A stretch of DNA of 64,000 nucleotides, taken from a phage. The DNA is taken from NCBI GenBank assembly GCA_012490745.1, contig GCA_012490745.1_3925.1; one strand, written 5' to 3'. Both the position numbers and the translations under genes were made by a program. This document shows positions 54,009-63,969 of this stretch, in pieces (position 1 is the stretch's first letter; every line of letters starts with the position of its first letter). The notes beneath the pieces were generated by a model. It had not been told where the DNA came from. It made no database searches and worked only from the letters and a program-made list of their open reading frames with translations.

Positions 54009-54269
54009 TCATCCATCAATAACAGTAGTGTGTGATTGACCATTTTTGCCATATCTATAAGATGTTGTTGTTTGAGAGTTTGGGCATCTGACAACAACAA
54101 TATCCCTGCTTATAGCATCCCCATTGAGTTTGTAGATTTTGCAGTCTTGCATCTCTGGAGGGAGGCTGTAAGAGGCATCTTTGTTTTCATAAGATGGGTT
54201 ACAGCCAGCCAGAAAAATTACTACAAGTGCAACCATTGCTTTCACACAACTCTTAACCTTATTGTTCAC
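54009..54269 (-). CDS. putative lipoprotein (86 aa)
   Basis: Signal peptide with lipobox VIFLAGC (L-A-G-C). Confidence 0.6.
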   Translation of the reverse strand: MNNKVKSCVKAMVALVVIFLAGCNPSYENKDASYSLPPEMQDCKIYKLNGDAISRDIVVVRCPNSQTTTSYRYGKNGQSHTTVIDG

Positions 54270-54401
54270 GATAATCTACCTCTCTGTATGTTTTTAAATA
54301 GTGAGTGATGAGTTCTGGTAATTCACTACGTTTAACGTTTGAACGAAGAAGTGTCCAGTCAAAACCTTTACCAACCCTCCCCCAGAGACTGTACATTTTC
54401 T

Positions 54402-54635
54402 TCATAGCAACTCCAGAATATCAATACGTTCACCTTTGAGTGCTCCAGTACGGTCTTTTGCAATCTTCCCTTCAACAATAAGAATGTGTGCAGACCTTAA
54501 AGTGTCACTGTTAAAGGCTTTTACGAACTTGCTAGGCATCACTACAATACACATCTCCTGAATCAACTCTGGAGTATAGCAGTTGTCGTGAAGTTGCTGA
54601 ATAACGTCTGCAAGTGTCATTTTTGATGTCTCCAA
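54402..54635 (-). CDS. hypothetical protein (77 aa)
   Basis: ORF. Confidence 0.45.
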   Translation of the reverse strand: METSKMTLADVIQQLHDNCYTPELIQEMCIVVMPSKFVKAFNSDTLRSAHILIVEGKIAKDRTGALKGERIDILELL

Positions 54636-54826
54636 TATTCAATATCTACAAGTTCTTGTGCAATGCTTTTCAGATTACCTTTCAAGAAAACCTTCTCAGA
54701 ACCTGAAAGAGATGAATTGTCAATTAACCTGTTCATCCTCTCAAATAACTTCTGCTTACGGTTCTTAATAGTTTCCTTTGAAGCACCTTTCATCATCGCT
54801 GCATGGGTTCTTCCACGGTGGCTCAT
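54617..54826 (-). CDS. hypothetical basic protein (69 aa)
   Basis: ORF. Confidence 0.4.
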   Translation of the reverse strand: MSHRGRTHAAMMKGASKETIKNRKQKLFERMNRLIDNSSLSGSEKVFLKGNLKSIAQELVDIEYWRHQK

Positions 54827-54877
54827 AAGCCCTCCTATACAAGATGTAGTATAAGGTACTCTTCCATGAGCACCTTG

Positions 54878-55405
54878 TCAACTTAGTTTTGCAAACTCTC
54901 CGTGGAGTTTCATAGCAGCTTCACAGTAAGCTTTATGGGCTTCTTCAGGTGTATCATAGTAGCCTAAGTACATCTTTTTACCTTTATAACTTATTTGTGC
55001 AACCCACCTACCAGACTTCTTCTTCAGGCTTACACCTTTATAACCTGATTTATTGGTGGATAGCTTGCTTTTATTCCAAGCGCTTTGGCAGTCATCTGCT
55101 TCTCTTAGGTTTACAACCCTGTTATCAAGGGAGTCTCCATTAACATGGTCAATGATACCTCTCGGCAACCTACCATACACGTACAGCCATGCGAGTCTGT
55201 GCGCTTTATGTGCTTTCTTATCAAAGTAGATGGTAACCTGCTTATGACCAGTTGAGTCAATCTGGATACTCCCCGCTATCTGTCCTGCGTACTGACTATT
55301 AAAGACCTTAACAGCCTTTGAGTCGCCCTCTCTACGAAGCCAAGTAAAGACCCCTGTTTCGGGGTCATAGTGTAGTAGTTCCTTTAAACGTTCTTGTGTA
55401 ATCAT
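54878..55405 (-). CDS. HNH homing endonuclease with C-terminal AP2-type DNA-binding domain (about 175 aa)
   Basis: HNH region HRLAWLYVYG...IDHVNGD..DNR..NLR; AP2-like YKGVS...GRWVAQISYKGKKMYLGYYDTPEEAHKAY; internal Met start avoids overlap with the polymerase stop. Confidence 0.75.
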   Translation of the reverse strand: MITQERLKELLHYDPETGVFTWLRREGDSKAVKVFNSQYAGQIAGSIQIDSTGHKQVTIYFDKKAHKAHRLAWLYVYGRLPRGIIDHVNGDSLDNRVVNLREADDCQSAWNKSKLSTNKSGYKGVSLKKKSGRWVAQISYKGKKMYLGYYDTPEEAHKAYCEAAMKLHGEFAKLS

Positions 55406-55415
55406 TTTGTCACCA

Positions 55416-58145
55416 TTAATGCACTTCCAACCACGATTTACCAACCTTACCAGTACCAGTTACCAGTGTTTCACTCTTTAGTCCTAAGTTCTTAGAGGCT
55501 TGCCCGTAATACCAATCAGTGACAGCCTTCACCTCTGCCGTCATACTTTCTGGACATTCCCAACTCGTCTCATCGTGATAGGAGCACAATAAACGAGCAC
55601 CTATAGCTGGTTTGCGACCGTTCAACTTCATCAAACCTTCGTCAATCATACGACGGCAAGCAAGGTTAATTGCCTCGTTCTGAATCTGACTTTCCGAACC
55701 CATGAGCAAATAATTCAATAACTTATGTGGAGATTTACACCACAACCAAGCTCCAGCAACCTTTACAAAACCCCCTTTAGAGATTGCAGCGGTCTTACCA
55801 AACACCTCTTCAAGTGCCTTTTTAGTCGCTTTGTAGTCAGCTTCCAAGTCATCTAACAGCTTCTTAATTTTAGGCAAACGTATAAAGTAAGTCTGTTTAG
55901 TCAGCGCACCTTCCTGAGTAGTCGCAGCTTTAATCGTCTTAGCAAACTTCTCATCACCTGCACCAAACAGCAGTGCATAGATACCATTCTTAGCTTTCTT
56001 ACGACCTTTGCTAATCTCATGAAGAAGATTCTCATCCTGAGTAGCTCGACAAGTCAAGATGTCCTGCTCATCATTCAAGCTAAAGTAAATACTGTTCAGT
56101 GTATGTGCATCAGTCCCTGAATAGACAACGTACAGGTCATTCTCAGAGTCATAGCGAAGGTACTTATCAATCTCTGGGTTGAGGTACTCATCAAAGTGTT
56201 TGCAGTAATAGCGTCCATCTTCTTGACGAATGAACTCAATTTCTTCTTTACCTTGCGTCACCGCTTTGGTGAAGTCTTTGTCACCCATAAAGTTACAAAG
56301 AAGAACTAGCTGGGCTGAGTTCATGTCTACAGAGACGACGTTAGTACCTTCTTCACAAATCCACACTGCCCTCATTGGTTCCCCATAGACAGCAGCACCA
56401 GACGGTACGTTTACAATACCATATTGTGTCATACGTCCAGTTGAAGTACCAAACACCATTGCACCAGCACTAAGGCGACCATCAGGACGAATCTGGTTCA
56501 ACCAACCTTTTTCATCATCCTTTGAGTTCTCAATAGTTCTACGTCGGTGCATCAAAGTATAGTATTTAGCAATCTTCTGTCCAAGCTCGCCTTCAATCGT
56601 ATCATAAGATGATTCAGTAAGTTTTGGTGAAGTACGGATTAAGCAAGGCTCAAGCAAATCTGTGTACTTCTTCACAGACCAGTTATGCTCAATGTACTGG
56701 ACACCTTCATGTTCAACATAACTCAAGCCACACCGTTCAACCATCTCCTGCCACTTAGGATGCTTTGTAATCATCTTTTTGTTGTCTTTGAAACGACAAA
56801 CTTTGACAGGGCGACCATCTGAGTCTTTCTTGTAGTTCCAGTCATCTGGAATCCAACCAACTGATTTCAAGTAGTCTTTAACAACTGCTACCTGAGTCAT
56901 ACGAGAAACTTCGAACTCAATTGGTGTATATGGTGCATCAATCAATCCTGTGTAGCGACTTGACTCAAGTTCAAAGTGGTTAACAACATGGCTGTTATAG
57001 TACTTCACAGTTTTAACAGTTTTTACTGGCTTCCAGTCTTTGCATTTCTTACCAATCTTTGCATTCAACTCGTTGCAAATTGCACGGGCATCCTTCATTG
57101 CTACAAAGCCTTCCTTGTACTCTTCACCAGTTACAGAGTTGGTTGGTGTATAGCAATTTCTCTTTTCAATGTTAAAAATCTTTGTAGTTGGCTTACCAAA
57201 TGGCTTGATTTCGTATGTCTGCATCTCACCGTTACGTACCTGCTGACGATACTTTGTTTTAGGGTACTTGGTAATTCTCTTCAGTCCATCTGCATGACCG
57301 AATGTTTCAACATACTCATTCCAAGCTTTTGCAAACTCTTCTCCAGTGACTTTACCTTTGGTCTTAATAGTTGGAGGTAGATGTGGTTCAACCTCTGAAG
57401 CAAGCTCATTAGTCAACTTGTCAAGTTCCTTTACATGGAACTCCATAAGCTCTTTATCAGCTTTCCAGCCATTGATAGCTTGTTGACTCATCCAGAAAGA
57501 TGTTTCTTTAGCTCGCATGTAGGTTTCATAAGTGTCTATGCCACACTTCTTAAGCTTGAGATATTCATTATCAAGTGCCCGTTTAGTTTTGGCGTTAATA
57601 CGGATATCTTCTACAACACGAGTGAAGATTTCTGCATTCCACACACCCCAATGTTCAATCTCTGGTTTACGAACACCGACACGAGCGCCCCATGCAGCCA
57701 AACCATGAGCACCTTTATAACCCTTTGGAGTTGGTCTATCCATCCACTGAACACGAGACTGGATAAGAGAATCCTGAAAGAAATTACTCCACGGTTTACA
57801 CTTTGGATTATCAAAGTTCCACAAATCAGGTGCAATGTGATTGAAAACCCACCAGTCATAACCGAGACCATTATGGATGCAAAGGCGTTTTGCCTTTAAC
57901 GCAAACTCAATACCTTCACGTAAGCCACCCTTAATGTACTTGGTATACTTGTGACCGAGGATAGGCTCATCTGTAAAGACCCATACAGGTGGCTCTTCAT
58001 CGTCAGATTTATAGTCTGCGAAAGCCATTACGTGCACTTTAGTGAACTCAAGGAGTAAACCATCAGTTTCTGTATCACCAACTAAATGTAAGTTTTTAAA
58101 ATCTATGTTTTCCATTTTTACTCCCTCTAAAATCATTAACCTCAT
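55416..58145 (-). CDS. DNA polymerase, family A, with 3'-5' exonuclease domain (909 aa)
   Basis: Exo I VGDTETDGL; Pol A motif A-like SVDMNSAQL, motif B K..KNGIYALLFG, motif C YHDE. Confidence 0.9.
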   Translation of the reverse strand: MRLMILEGVKMENIDFKNLHLVGDTETDGLLLEFTKVHVMAFADYKSDDEEPPVWVFTDEPILGHKYTKYIKGGLREGIEFALKAKRLCIHNGLGYDWWVFNHIAPDLWNFDNPKCKPWSNFFQDSLIQSRVQWMDRPTPKGYKGAHGLAAWGARVGVRKPEIEHWGVWNAEIFTRVVEDIRINAKTKRALDNEYLKLKKCGIDTYETYMRAKETSFWMSQQAINGWKADKELMEFHVKELDKLTNELASEVEPHLPPTIKTKGKVTGEEFAKAWNEYVETFGHADGLKRITKYPKTKYRQQVRNGEMQTYEIKPFGKPTTKIFNIEKRNCYTPTNSVTGEEYKEGFVAMKDARAICNELNAKIGKKCKDWKPVKTVKTVKYYNSHVVNHFELESSRYTGLIDAPYTPIEFEVSRMTQVAVVKDYLKSVGWIPDDWNYKKDSDGRPVKVCRFKDNKKMITKHPKWQEMVERCGLSYVEHEGVQYIEHNWSVKKYTDLLEPCLIRTSPKLTESSYDTIEGELGQKIAKYYTLMHRRRTIENSKDDEKGWLNQIRPDGRLSAGAMVFGTSTGRMTQYGIVNVPSGAAVYGEPMRAVWICEEGTNVVSVDMNSAQLVLLCNFMGDKDFTKAVTQGKEEIEFIRQEDGRYYCKHFDEYLNPEIDKYLRYDSENDLYVVYSGTDAHTLNSIYFSLNDEQDILTCRATQDENLLHEISKGRKKAKNGIYALLFGAGDEKFAKTIKAATTQEGALTKQTYFIRLPKIKKLLDDLEADYKATKKALEEVFGKTAAISKGGFVKVAGAWLWCKSPHKLLNYLLMGSESQIQNEAINLACRRMIDEGLMKLNGRKPAIGARLLCSYHDETSWECPESMTAEVKAVTDWYYGQASKNLGLKSETLVTGTGKVGKSWLEVH

Positions 58146-58172
58146 ACATTACTGCAAAAAATTATAAAAAGC

Positions 58173-58207
58173 AAGTTGACAATGTACTTGACAAGGTGTT
58201 AATCTTT
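58173..58207. promoter_or_regulatory. Divergent promoter region with tandem TTGACA boxes (aagttgacaatgtacttgacaaggtg)
   Basis: 25-nt motif almost identical to 15475-15500; lies between divergent gene blocks. Confidence 0.5.
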
Positions 58208-58372
58208 GCGAAGTGGGTTTTTACTTAAAAGGTTACTTAACAGTTTAACTATACAGATACTTTAAAACTCTTAAAAGATTATTTAATAGCTTTTAAAAAG
58301 CTTTAAAGTATAACGTATAGAATACGTTAAGATAAAAGATTAAAACTTAATAGCTACTTAAAAGAGGCTTAC

Positions 58373-58795
58373 ATGCAGAAAATGTTTGTTCACCCAGACA
58401 TAGCTGACTTTGTTAGAGCTTTGCAGAAGTTGGAAGAACTTGACATTGCTGCTCAACGGGAATATGCTCACCATCACAGGAGAATGGTTGATATACAACA
58501 TGAAATAGAGTTGTCTGAAGACTATGAAGATGACTTAAAATGCTCTGTATTTGAGCATATGAAAGATGTTGCTACAGCGAGACGTAAAGCTAAAGACACA
58601 GTTGCTTTACTAGATTCTCTTAAAAAGAGGTTGCAAAGTGGTACAGACCTGTGTAATCTAGCATCACTGATTAACGATGTTGAAACTTCTTGGGATAGGC
58701 ACTATTATCCACGTTCTGAAAAGACACTTGACTTTTCTTCATCCGAAAACTTAAAATGTTCTAGAAAGAAACTTAACCAACTGAGAGAGAAATAA
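58373..58795 (+). CDS. hypothetical protein (140 aa)
   Basis: ORF. Confidence 0.5.
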   Translation: MQKMFVHPDIADFVRALQKLEELDIAAQREYAHHHRRMVDIQHEIELSEDYEDDLKCSVFEHMKDVATARRKAKDTVALLDSLKKRLQSGTDLCNLASLINDVETSWDRHYYPRSEKTLDFSSSENLKCSRKKLNQLREK

Positions 58796-58796
58796 T

Positions 58797-59597
58797 ATGA
58801 ATATCGATGCAGAAAAGATGCTTGAAGAGAAAGGTGTTGATGAAGCATTCTTAATCAATGCCGTAGAAAGCATGGCTATGATTCTTCGTGGTAATAACTA
58901 CACAGAACAGTTTATGCCTGCAAGCTATAACTTGCCTAAAGACAAGTCTGATAACGTTGCTTTTGCAGAACAGGTTAATATGATGTTGACAGACACTACA
59001 CTTGCTCTGGCATCTATTGCGGTTGGTGTTGATGCACTTGCTGAGTTCATTTTTTATGAAATGCAAAAGAATGACTATATCAGGATGTCAGACGAAGATA
59101 AGGAACTGTTGCTGACTAAGGACACTGATTTCATTATTGATACGCTTATCTCATCAACGAGTGCTGTTATGGCTGTTCTTGAGAAGCGTATGGAAGAGAA
59201 ACTTTCACGATATGAAAAACTTGATTGGGGCGTAGAAGAATTAAACCCACGAATCAAAGAGATTATCCAGCAAACTAAAGAGTCTTTGGAAGAAGCTGTT
59301 GAAAATGACTCTGTAGCTGACATTGAACCACTTCAGGTGAAAGTTGCACTGATGATTCCAGCTATCTCTACGATGATGAATATCGTTGCACTAATCCAAC
59401 TGTCACAGATGATGGGTGTGAGTATTGAGTTCATTGAGGAAATGACTGGTGGTGTTAGTATGCAAGCAATCAATGATGTTTTGGTGAGTATTGGTGCTTC
59501 AATCATTGAAGAGAAGCTACGCATTAACTTTGGTGATGATTTTGTGAAGCAAATCTCAGCTATGGCTGAAAAAGAGTCTGCTGAGCAACTGCACTAA
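58797..59597 (+). CDS. hypothetical protein (266 aa)
   Basis: ORF, coupled to the upstream gene. Confidence 0.5.
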   Translation: MNIDAEKMLEEKGVDEAFLINAVESMAMILRGNNYTEQFMPASYNLPKDKSDNVAFAEQVNMMLTDTTLALASIAVGVDALAEFIFYEMQKNDYIRMSDEDKELLLTKDTDFIIDTLISSTSAVMAVLEKRMEEKLSRYEKLDWGVEELNPRIKEIIQQTKESLEEAVENDSVADIEPLQVKVALMIPAISTMMNIVALIQLSQMMGVSIEFIEEMTGGVSMQAINDVLVSIGASIIEEKLRINFGDDFVKQISAMAEKESAEQLH

Positions 59598-59658
59598 GTC
59601 TTTATAAATCTTACAAGCCTCCTTAGTTGGGGGCTTTTTAGTAATTAAGGGAGATAAA

Positions 59659-60402
59659 ATGAGTAATATTATCGCATTTACTGGAAAGGCACGCTCTGGA
59701 AAAGACACCTCATGTTCTATTGTGAAGAACATCTTAGAGGATGAGTACGGCTACAATGTTGCTGTAATGGCCTTTGCAGACAACCTTAAAATGTCTGCAT
59801 CAAAGATATTTGACCTGACTTGGAATGACCTGTATGGTGAAACTAAAGAGACTCCACAGGTATTTGACTTATCATATCCTGAACTGATGTTTAAAGTTAC
59901 GGAAGCTATGGAGTTCACCTTCAGAGATGAACGTTACCATATGGACTTCAAGCTTATGTCAGAGTTAACCGGACGATTAATCATGGAGCTTAAGAAGGTT
60001 GCTAAACCTACCATACTAACACGTCTGGGATTTAGTAAAAAGTATAAATTCTCATCAAGACAAATTCAACAAATTTGGGGTACTGAAGTTGTCCGTAAGG
60101 TAATGGGCGACAAGTTCTGGTCTAAAGACCTTGAAAAAAGAATGGTTAGATTCCATGAAATGTGCTCACTTAGAAATCAATATGGTTTTGTCTTAATCAG
60201 TGATTTAAGATTTGACTCTGAAGCTGAATGGCTGAGTAGATTTGCACACCAAACTATTGAAGTAAAAAGAGACAATGTGGACAAAGTTTCATCACATGTT
60301 TCAGAAAATGGGATTTCTACAAAATATGAGCGTGACATTATTCATAATAATGGTACTCTTGCAGACCTTGAGAACAAGCTAAGAGCCATCATTAAAGTTT
60401 AA
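59659..60402 (+). CDS. deoxynucleoside monophosphate kinase-like P-loop protein (247 aa)
   Basis: N-terminal P-loop FTGKARSGKDT resembles the T4 gene 1 dNMP kinase GxxRSGKDT. Confidence 0.65.
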   Translation: MSNIIAFTGKARSGKDTSCSIVKNILEDEYGYNVAVMAFADNLKMSASKIFDLTWNDLYGETKETPQVFDLSYPELMFKVTEAMEFTFRDERYHMDFKLMSELTGRLIMELKKVAKPTILTRLGFSKKYKFSSRQIQQIWGTEVVRKVMGDKFWSKDLEKRMVRFHEMCSLRNQYGFVLISDLRFDSEAEWLSRFAHQTIEVKRDNVDKVSSHVSENGISTKYERDIIHNNGTLADLENKLRAIIKV

Positions 60403-60410
60403 AAGAGAGA

Positions 60411-60611
60411 ATGAAGATGAGAGTAAAAGACAATTTTAAAGTTATTGACCACCGTTTAGTGGAACTCTCATCTCTTTCCAATGAGGTAATGATTGAACGT
60501 CTTAAGAGAGTTGAATCACGAAGGAAAGAGATTGCAGATGAAATTCATGAACTGGACAAGATTGAAAATGGATTGAAGGCAGAACTACAACGAAGAGGTG
60601 CTAATGTCTAA
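60411..60611 (+). CDS. hypothetical protein (66 aa)
   Basis: ORF. Confidence 0.4.
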   Translation: MKMRVKDNFKVIDHRLVELSSLSNEVMIERLKRVESRRKEIADEIHELDKIENGLKAELQRRGANV

Positions 60612-62589
60612 AGGTCGTAAATTGAAAGAGGCTGGTCAGTTTATTGGTCATTGTGCATGTCCACGTTGTGGTTCATCAGATGCTGGTTCAATCTATCATC
60701 ATGACGATGATTCTTATTCGATGACTTGCTTTAGTTGTAACAAAGGTTTCCCAGAGTGGGATTTTGATAAAGGACAAATCGTGAGTACTTATTCTACTGG
60801 TTCAGACAATAAAAACCGTACTTTCCGTGGAATGGATTTAGACGATGTAAAAGAAAACCTTGAAGCAATGGACTTGAAAGACAGGAAGATTCCTGCAAAA
60901 GTTCTTGAGCGTTTGGGTATTAAGGTTGACATTGACAGTGATGGTGAAATTGACGCGCATTTCTACCCAACTTACAAACGCAATGAAGATGGCAAGCTAG
61001 AGCATGTTGGCTACCGTGTTCGTCACCGTTACCCAGAAGACCATCCAAAAGAGCACCTACGAGGTAAGTTAAAAGACTTTTCTGGTGGTGTTGGAGACAT
61101 TAAAGGTGAACTGGCAATGTTCGGTTCATGGATTGCTCCAGAAGGTGGTAACCGTCTATTCATCTGGGAAGGTGAGATGGAATGTGCGACAGCAATCTAT
61201 ATGACTTCTCTTGCGATTAAGGACAAATCTCGTCGTAAGAATTACTGTCATGTATCTGTTCCGTCAGGTGCAAACATCAAGTCTATCAAAGATAACTATC
61301 AGTACATCACATCATTTGATGAAATTTACTTGTGCTTTGATAACGATGAAGCAGGTGCTAAAGCTACCAAAGAGGCTGCTGGTATCTTACCTATTGAGAA
61401 GGTTCGTTTATTCCAGTATCCAGAGGGTGTAAAAGACCTTAACGAATGGTGGACAAAGTTCTATAAAGAGAAAGACACAGTTCTGGAAGGATTTAAGCAG
61501 CGTATCTACAACGCACCTCGTTACTGCCCTGCTGGTATCAAGAACTTCGCAGATGGTTTTGAGGCAATGAAGAATCGTGGTCAGATTCCATTGATTCCTT
61601 TCCCAGAATCTTTCGGAGATTTGAACAGACTGACTTATGGTGGTTACGGTTTAGGTGAGATTACAACTCTGGCAGCACCATCTTCAGTGGGTAAATCTGC
61701 ATACACTCGTGAAATGATTTATACTGCTTGGAAAGATACCGATTACAATATTGGTGTAATTCCTGTAGAAGATACCTATGAAGAGTTGATGGAGATGCTC
61801 TGTGCAATCCACCTGAGCAAGCAGATTTCTGAGATTCCTTATGACGAACGTGATTGGGATGAATTGAAGAAGGCACACGCAGAACTGTCTAAAGGTCGTC
61901 GTATCCACATCGTTGACCATCAAGGGGCAATTGACCAAGATAACTTGCTGGAGTTTGTTGACTATCTTGTTAACAGCTTAGACTGTAAGATTATTATTCT
62001 TGACCCTATTACGTTGGCTCTGTCACGTTCAGATACGGATGAAGAGGAAGTTTTATCTGAGCTATTGCGTCGTTGCAAACGCTACCAGTATGCACAGGTG
62101 AACGTCTGTCACGTTCGTAAGAGTGCAGGTGGTCAGAAGGCTAACTCCGAAGGTGGAGATATCTCTGAAGAGGATATCAAAGGTTCTGGTGCGTATTTCC
62201 AGATTTCTATGAACAACATTCTGTTAATGCGTAACAAGGTTGACCCAGACCCTGTTAAGAAAAACTTGACAAAAATCAAGTTAACTAAATGCCGTCGTCA
62301 CGGTAAGTCAACAGGTATTGCTGGTCATACTTGGTACAATCCAGATACAGGACGTCTCATTAAAGCCTCTGGTTGTGGAGTTGACATTGATGGTGCAGCA
62401 GAAAATATTCGCCAACAGTTTGGTATTGGTGAAGCTGAAGACCATTACGATGACTCTTTGCCACATTATGAGGATGAAGTGTTTGACCGTGAAACTGGTG
62501 AAGTTTATACTGAAGAACAACGTCAAAGTTCAACAATTCCACCTGTATTAAGTGAGGATGCAGATGACTGCCCGTTCGAAACTGAGTGA
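60598..62589 (+). CDS. DNA primase-helicase, T7 gp4-like (663 aa)
   Basis: N-terminal Zn ribbon CACPRCG...CFSCNKG, TOPRIM-like YLCFDNDEAG, helicase Walker A PSSVGKSAYT. Confidence 0.8.
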   Translation: MLMSKGRKLKEAGQFIGHCACPRCGSSDAGSIYHHDDDSYSMTCFSCNKGFPEWDFDKGQIVSTYSTGSDNKNRTFRGMDLDDVKENLEAMDLKDRKIPAKVLERLGIKVDIDSDGEIDAHFYPTYKRNEDGKLEHVGYRVRHRYPEDHPKEHLRGKLKDFSGGVGDIKGELAMFGSWIAPEGGNRLFIWEGEMECATAIYMTSLAIKDKSRRKNYCHVSVPSGANIKSIKDNYQYITSFDEIYLCFDNDEAGAKATKEAAGILPIEKVRLFQYPEGVKDLNEWWTKFYKEKDTVLEGFKQRIYNAPRYCPAGIKNFADGFEAMKNRGQIPLIPFPESFGDLNRLTYGGYGLGEITTLAAPSSVGKSAYTREMIYTAWKDTDYNIGVIPVEDTYEELMEMLCAIHLSKQISEIPYDERDWDELKKAHAELSKGRRIHIVDHQGAIDQDNLLEFVDYLVNSLDCKIIILDPITLALSRSDTDEEEVLSELLRRCKRYQYAQVNVCHVRKSAGGQKANSEGGDISEEDIKGSGAYFQISMNNILLMRNKVDPDPVKKNLTKIKLTKCRRHGKSTGIAGHTWYNPDTGRLIKASGCGVDIDGAAENIRQQFGIGEAEDHYDDSLPHYEDEVFDRETGEVYTEEQRQSSTIPPVLSEDADDCPFETE

Positions 62590-62845
62590 TAGCTATAAAA
62601 GAGAGGGGTTCACACCCTTCTTTGAAGAAAAAAGTTTAAATAAATTTCATGAAGAGTGTTTGACAAAGATTGATAGGTTCTATAGAATGCTCCACATGAA
62701 ATGCGATGGGGAAGTTGAGATAAAACAAGATTTCCACCAGAGCATGATTACGGTCATCATTGCGCTGCCTCAGCATAATATTAGTTGGCTGTTTATAATG
62801 AAAGAAAATGTGTTTGAATATCAAGTATATCGGAGAATATCATGA
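62558..62845 (+). CDS. hypothetical protein (about 95 aa)
   Basis: ORF overlapping the 3' end of the helicase gene; start uncertain (ATG 62558 or 62564). Confidence 0.35.
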   Translation: MQMTARSKLSDSYKREGFTPFFEEKSLNKFHEECLTKIDRFYRMLHMKCDGEVEIKQDFHQSMITVIIALPQHNISWLFIMKENVFEYQVYRRIS

Positions 62846-62991
62846 AACACTCTAAAGCATTTGAAAAAGTTTTTGGGGATTCCTTAAAAGCCACTGCTGG
62901 TAAACCAGCAAAATACTATGAAGAGAAGCGTGTAAGAACTGGAAAAACTGCACGTAAAGCAGCTTCTAAAGATAAGCACAACTTCCAGTAA
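62842..62991 (+). CDS. small basic protein (49 aa), absent from the ORF track because under 60 aa
   Basis: ATG at 62842 with SD GGAG 6 nt upstream; Lys-rich; ATGA overlap with the upstream ORF. Confidence 0.35.
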   Translation: MKHSKAFEKVFGDSLKATAGKPAKYYEEKRVRTGKTARKAASKDKHNFQ

Positions 62992-63063
62992 TTAATGTTT
63001 GACAATAGAGTATCAACAAATTAGAATTGGTACTCTTCATAAATTGAGATAGAGGTTTAAATA

Positions 63064-63921
63064 ATGTCTAAAGTTGTTAAAATGAAAGCTCCGGTAGAGA
63101 AGTACAACGGTACTGAACGTCAAACTCTGCGTTACCTTCTGAAAGATGTCTGGTTTTATTACCTGAACACTTCACCACGTCCGGGAAAAGGCAAGTCCAT
63201 TGATAAGAAATTCCCAGGCAAAGACTGTAACTACAGCGTTTCAATTCTGGCAGAAGATGGTAACAAGCTGTTTAAAGAGTTTACTAAGTCTAAGAAAAAC
63301 CCAGAAGGTTGGGATAAAGTTACCACTGAAGCAGTTGATGCAGATGACTTCGAAGAGAAGTTTGGTTGCAAACCACCATTTGAAGCAGACACTTACTACA
63401 TCTTGAAAGTAAGTCGTGCAGCAGCTTATAAAGATGGTGCTGTGTGGACAGCTAAACAGTCATTCCCTGTAATGCTGATTGAAGAAGTAAATGGTAAACG
63501 TGTAGCTGTTAAACAGCCGATGAAGAAAATCAAAGCTCAAGCATCCGATAAACATGAAGATGACAAGAACTATGATGTAATTCATCCAGATATTGCAGTT
63601 GGTAACGGTTCTTTTGGTAGTGTGATTCTTTCTACTCACTTCTACACTTTTGAGAACAATGTTCTGACAAAACCTATTCAGGAACAGTTTATCATTGACA
63701 CCCTTGTACCTTACACTGGTGGTAACGGTGCTAACGGTGAACCTGAACTGGATGAAGACGAACTGGCTATGCTTGGTCTTGATGGTGTTGAAGATAATGG
63801 TGAAATCACTGAAGAAGACGCAAAAGACCATAAATCTTCGAATGATTCTGATGATGGTGACGATGAAGACTTGCCAGACCCAGATGACGAAGAAGATGAA
63901 GACTTCGATACAGAAGACTAA
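63064..63921 (+). CDS. putative single-stranded DNA-binding protein with acidic C-terminal tail (285 aa)
   Basis: Strongly acidic C-terminus ...DEDLPDPDDEEDEDFDTED as in phage SSBs; adjacent to primase-helicase. Confidence 0.5.
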   Translation: MSKVVKMKAPVEKYNGTERQTLRYLLKDVWFYYLNTSPRPGKGKSIDKKFPGKDCNYSVSILAEDGNKLFKEFTKSKKNPEGWDKVTTEAVDADDFEEKFGCKPPFEADTYYILKVSRAAAYKDGAVWTAKQSFPVMLIEEVNGKRVAVKQPMKKIKAQASDKHEDDKNYDVIHPDIAVGNGSFGSVILSTHFYTFENNVLTKPIQEQFIIDTLVPYTGGNGANGEPELDEDELAMLGLDGVEDNGEITEEDAKDHKSSNDSDDGDDEDLPDPDDEEDEDFDTED

Positions 63922-63939
63922 TATCTAAAAGTTACTTTA

Positions 63940-63969
63940 AAGCCCTGTACTTAGTATGGGGCTTTTTCA
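63940..63969 (+). terminator. Rho-independent terminator (aagccc-loop-gggctt + ttt)
   Basis: GC stem and T run after the SSB-like gene. Confidence 0.55.
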
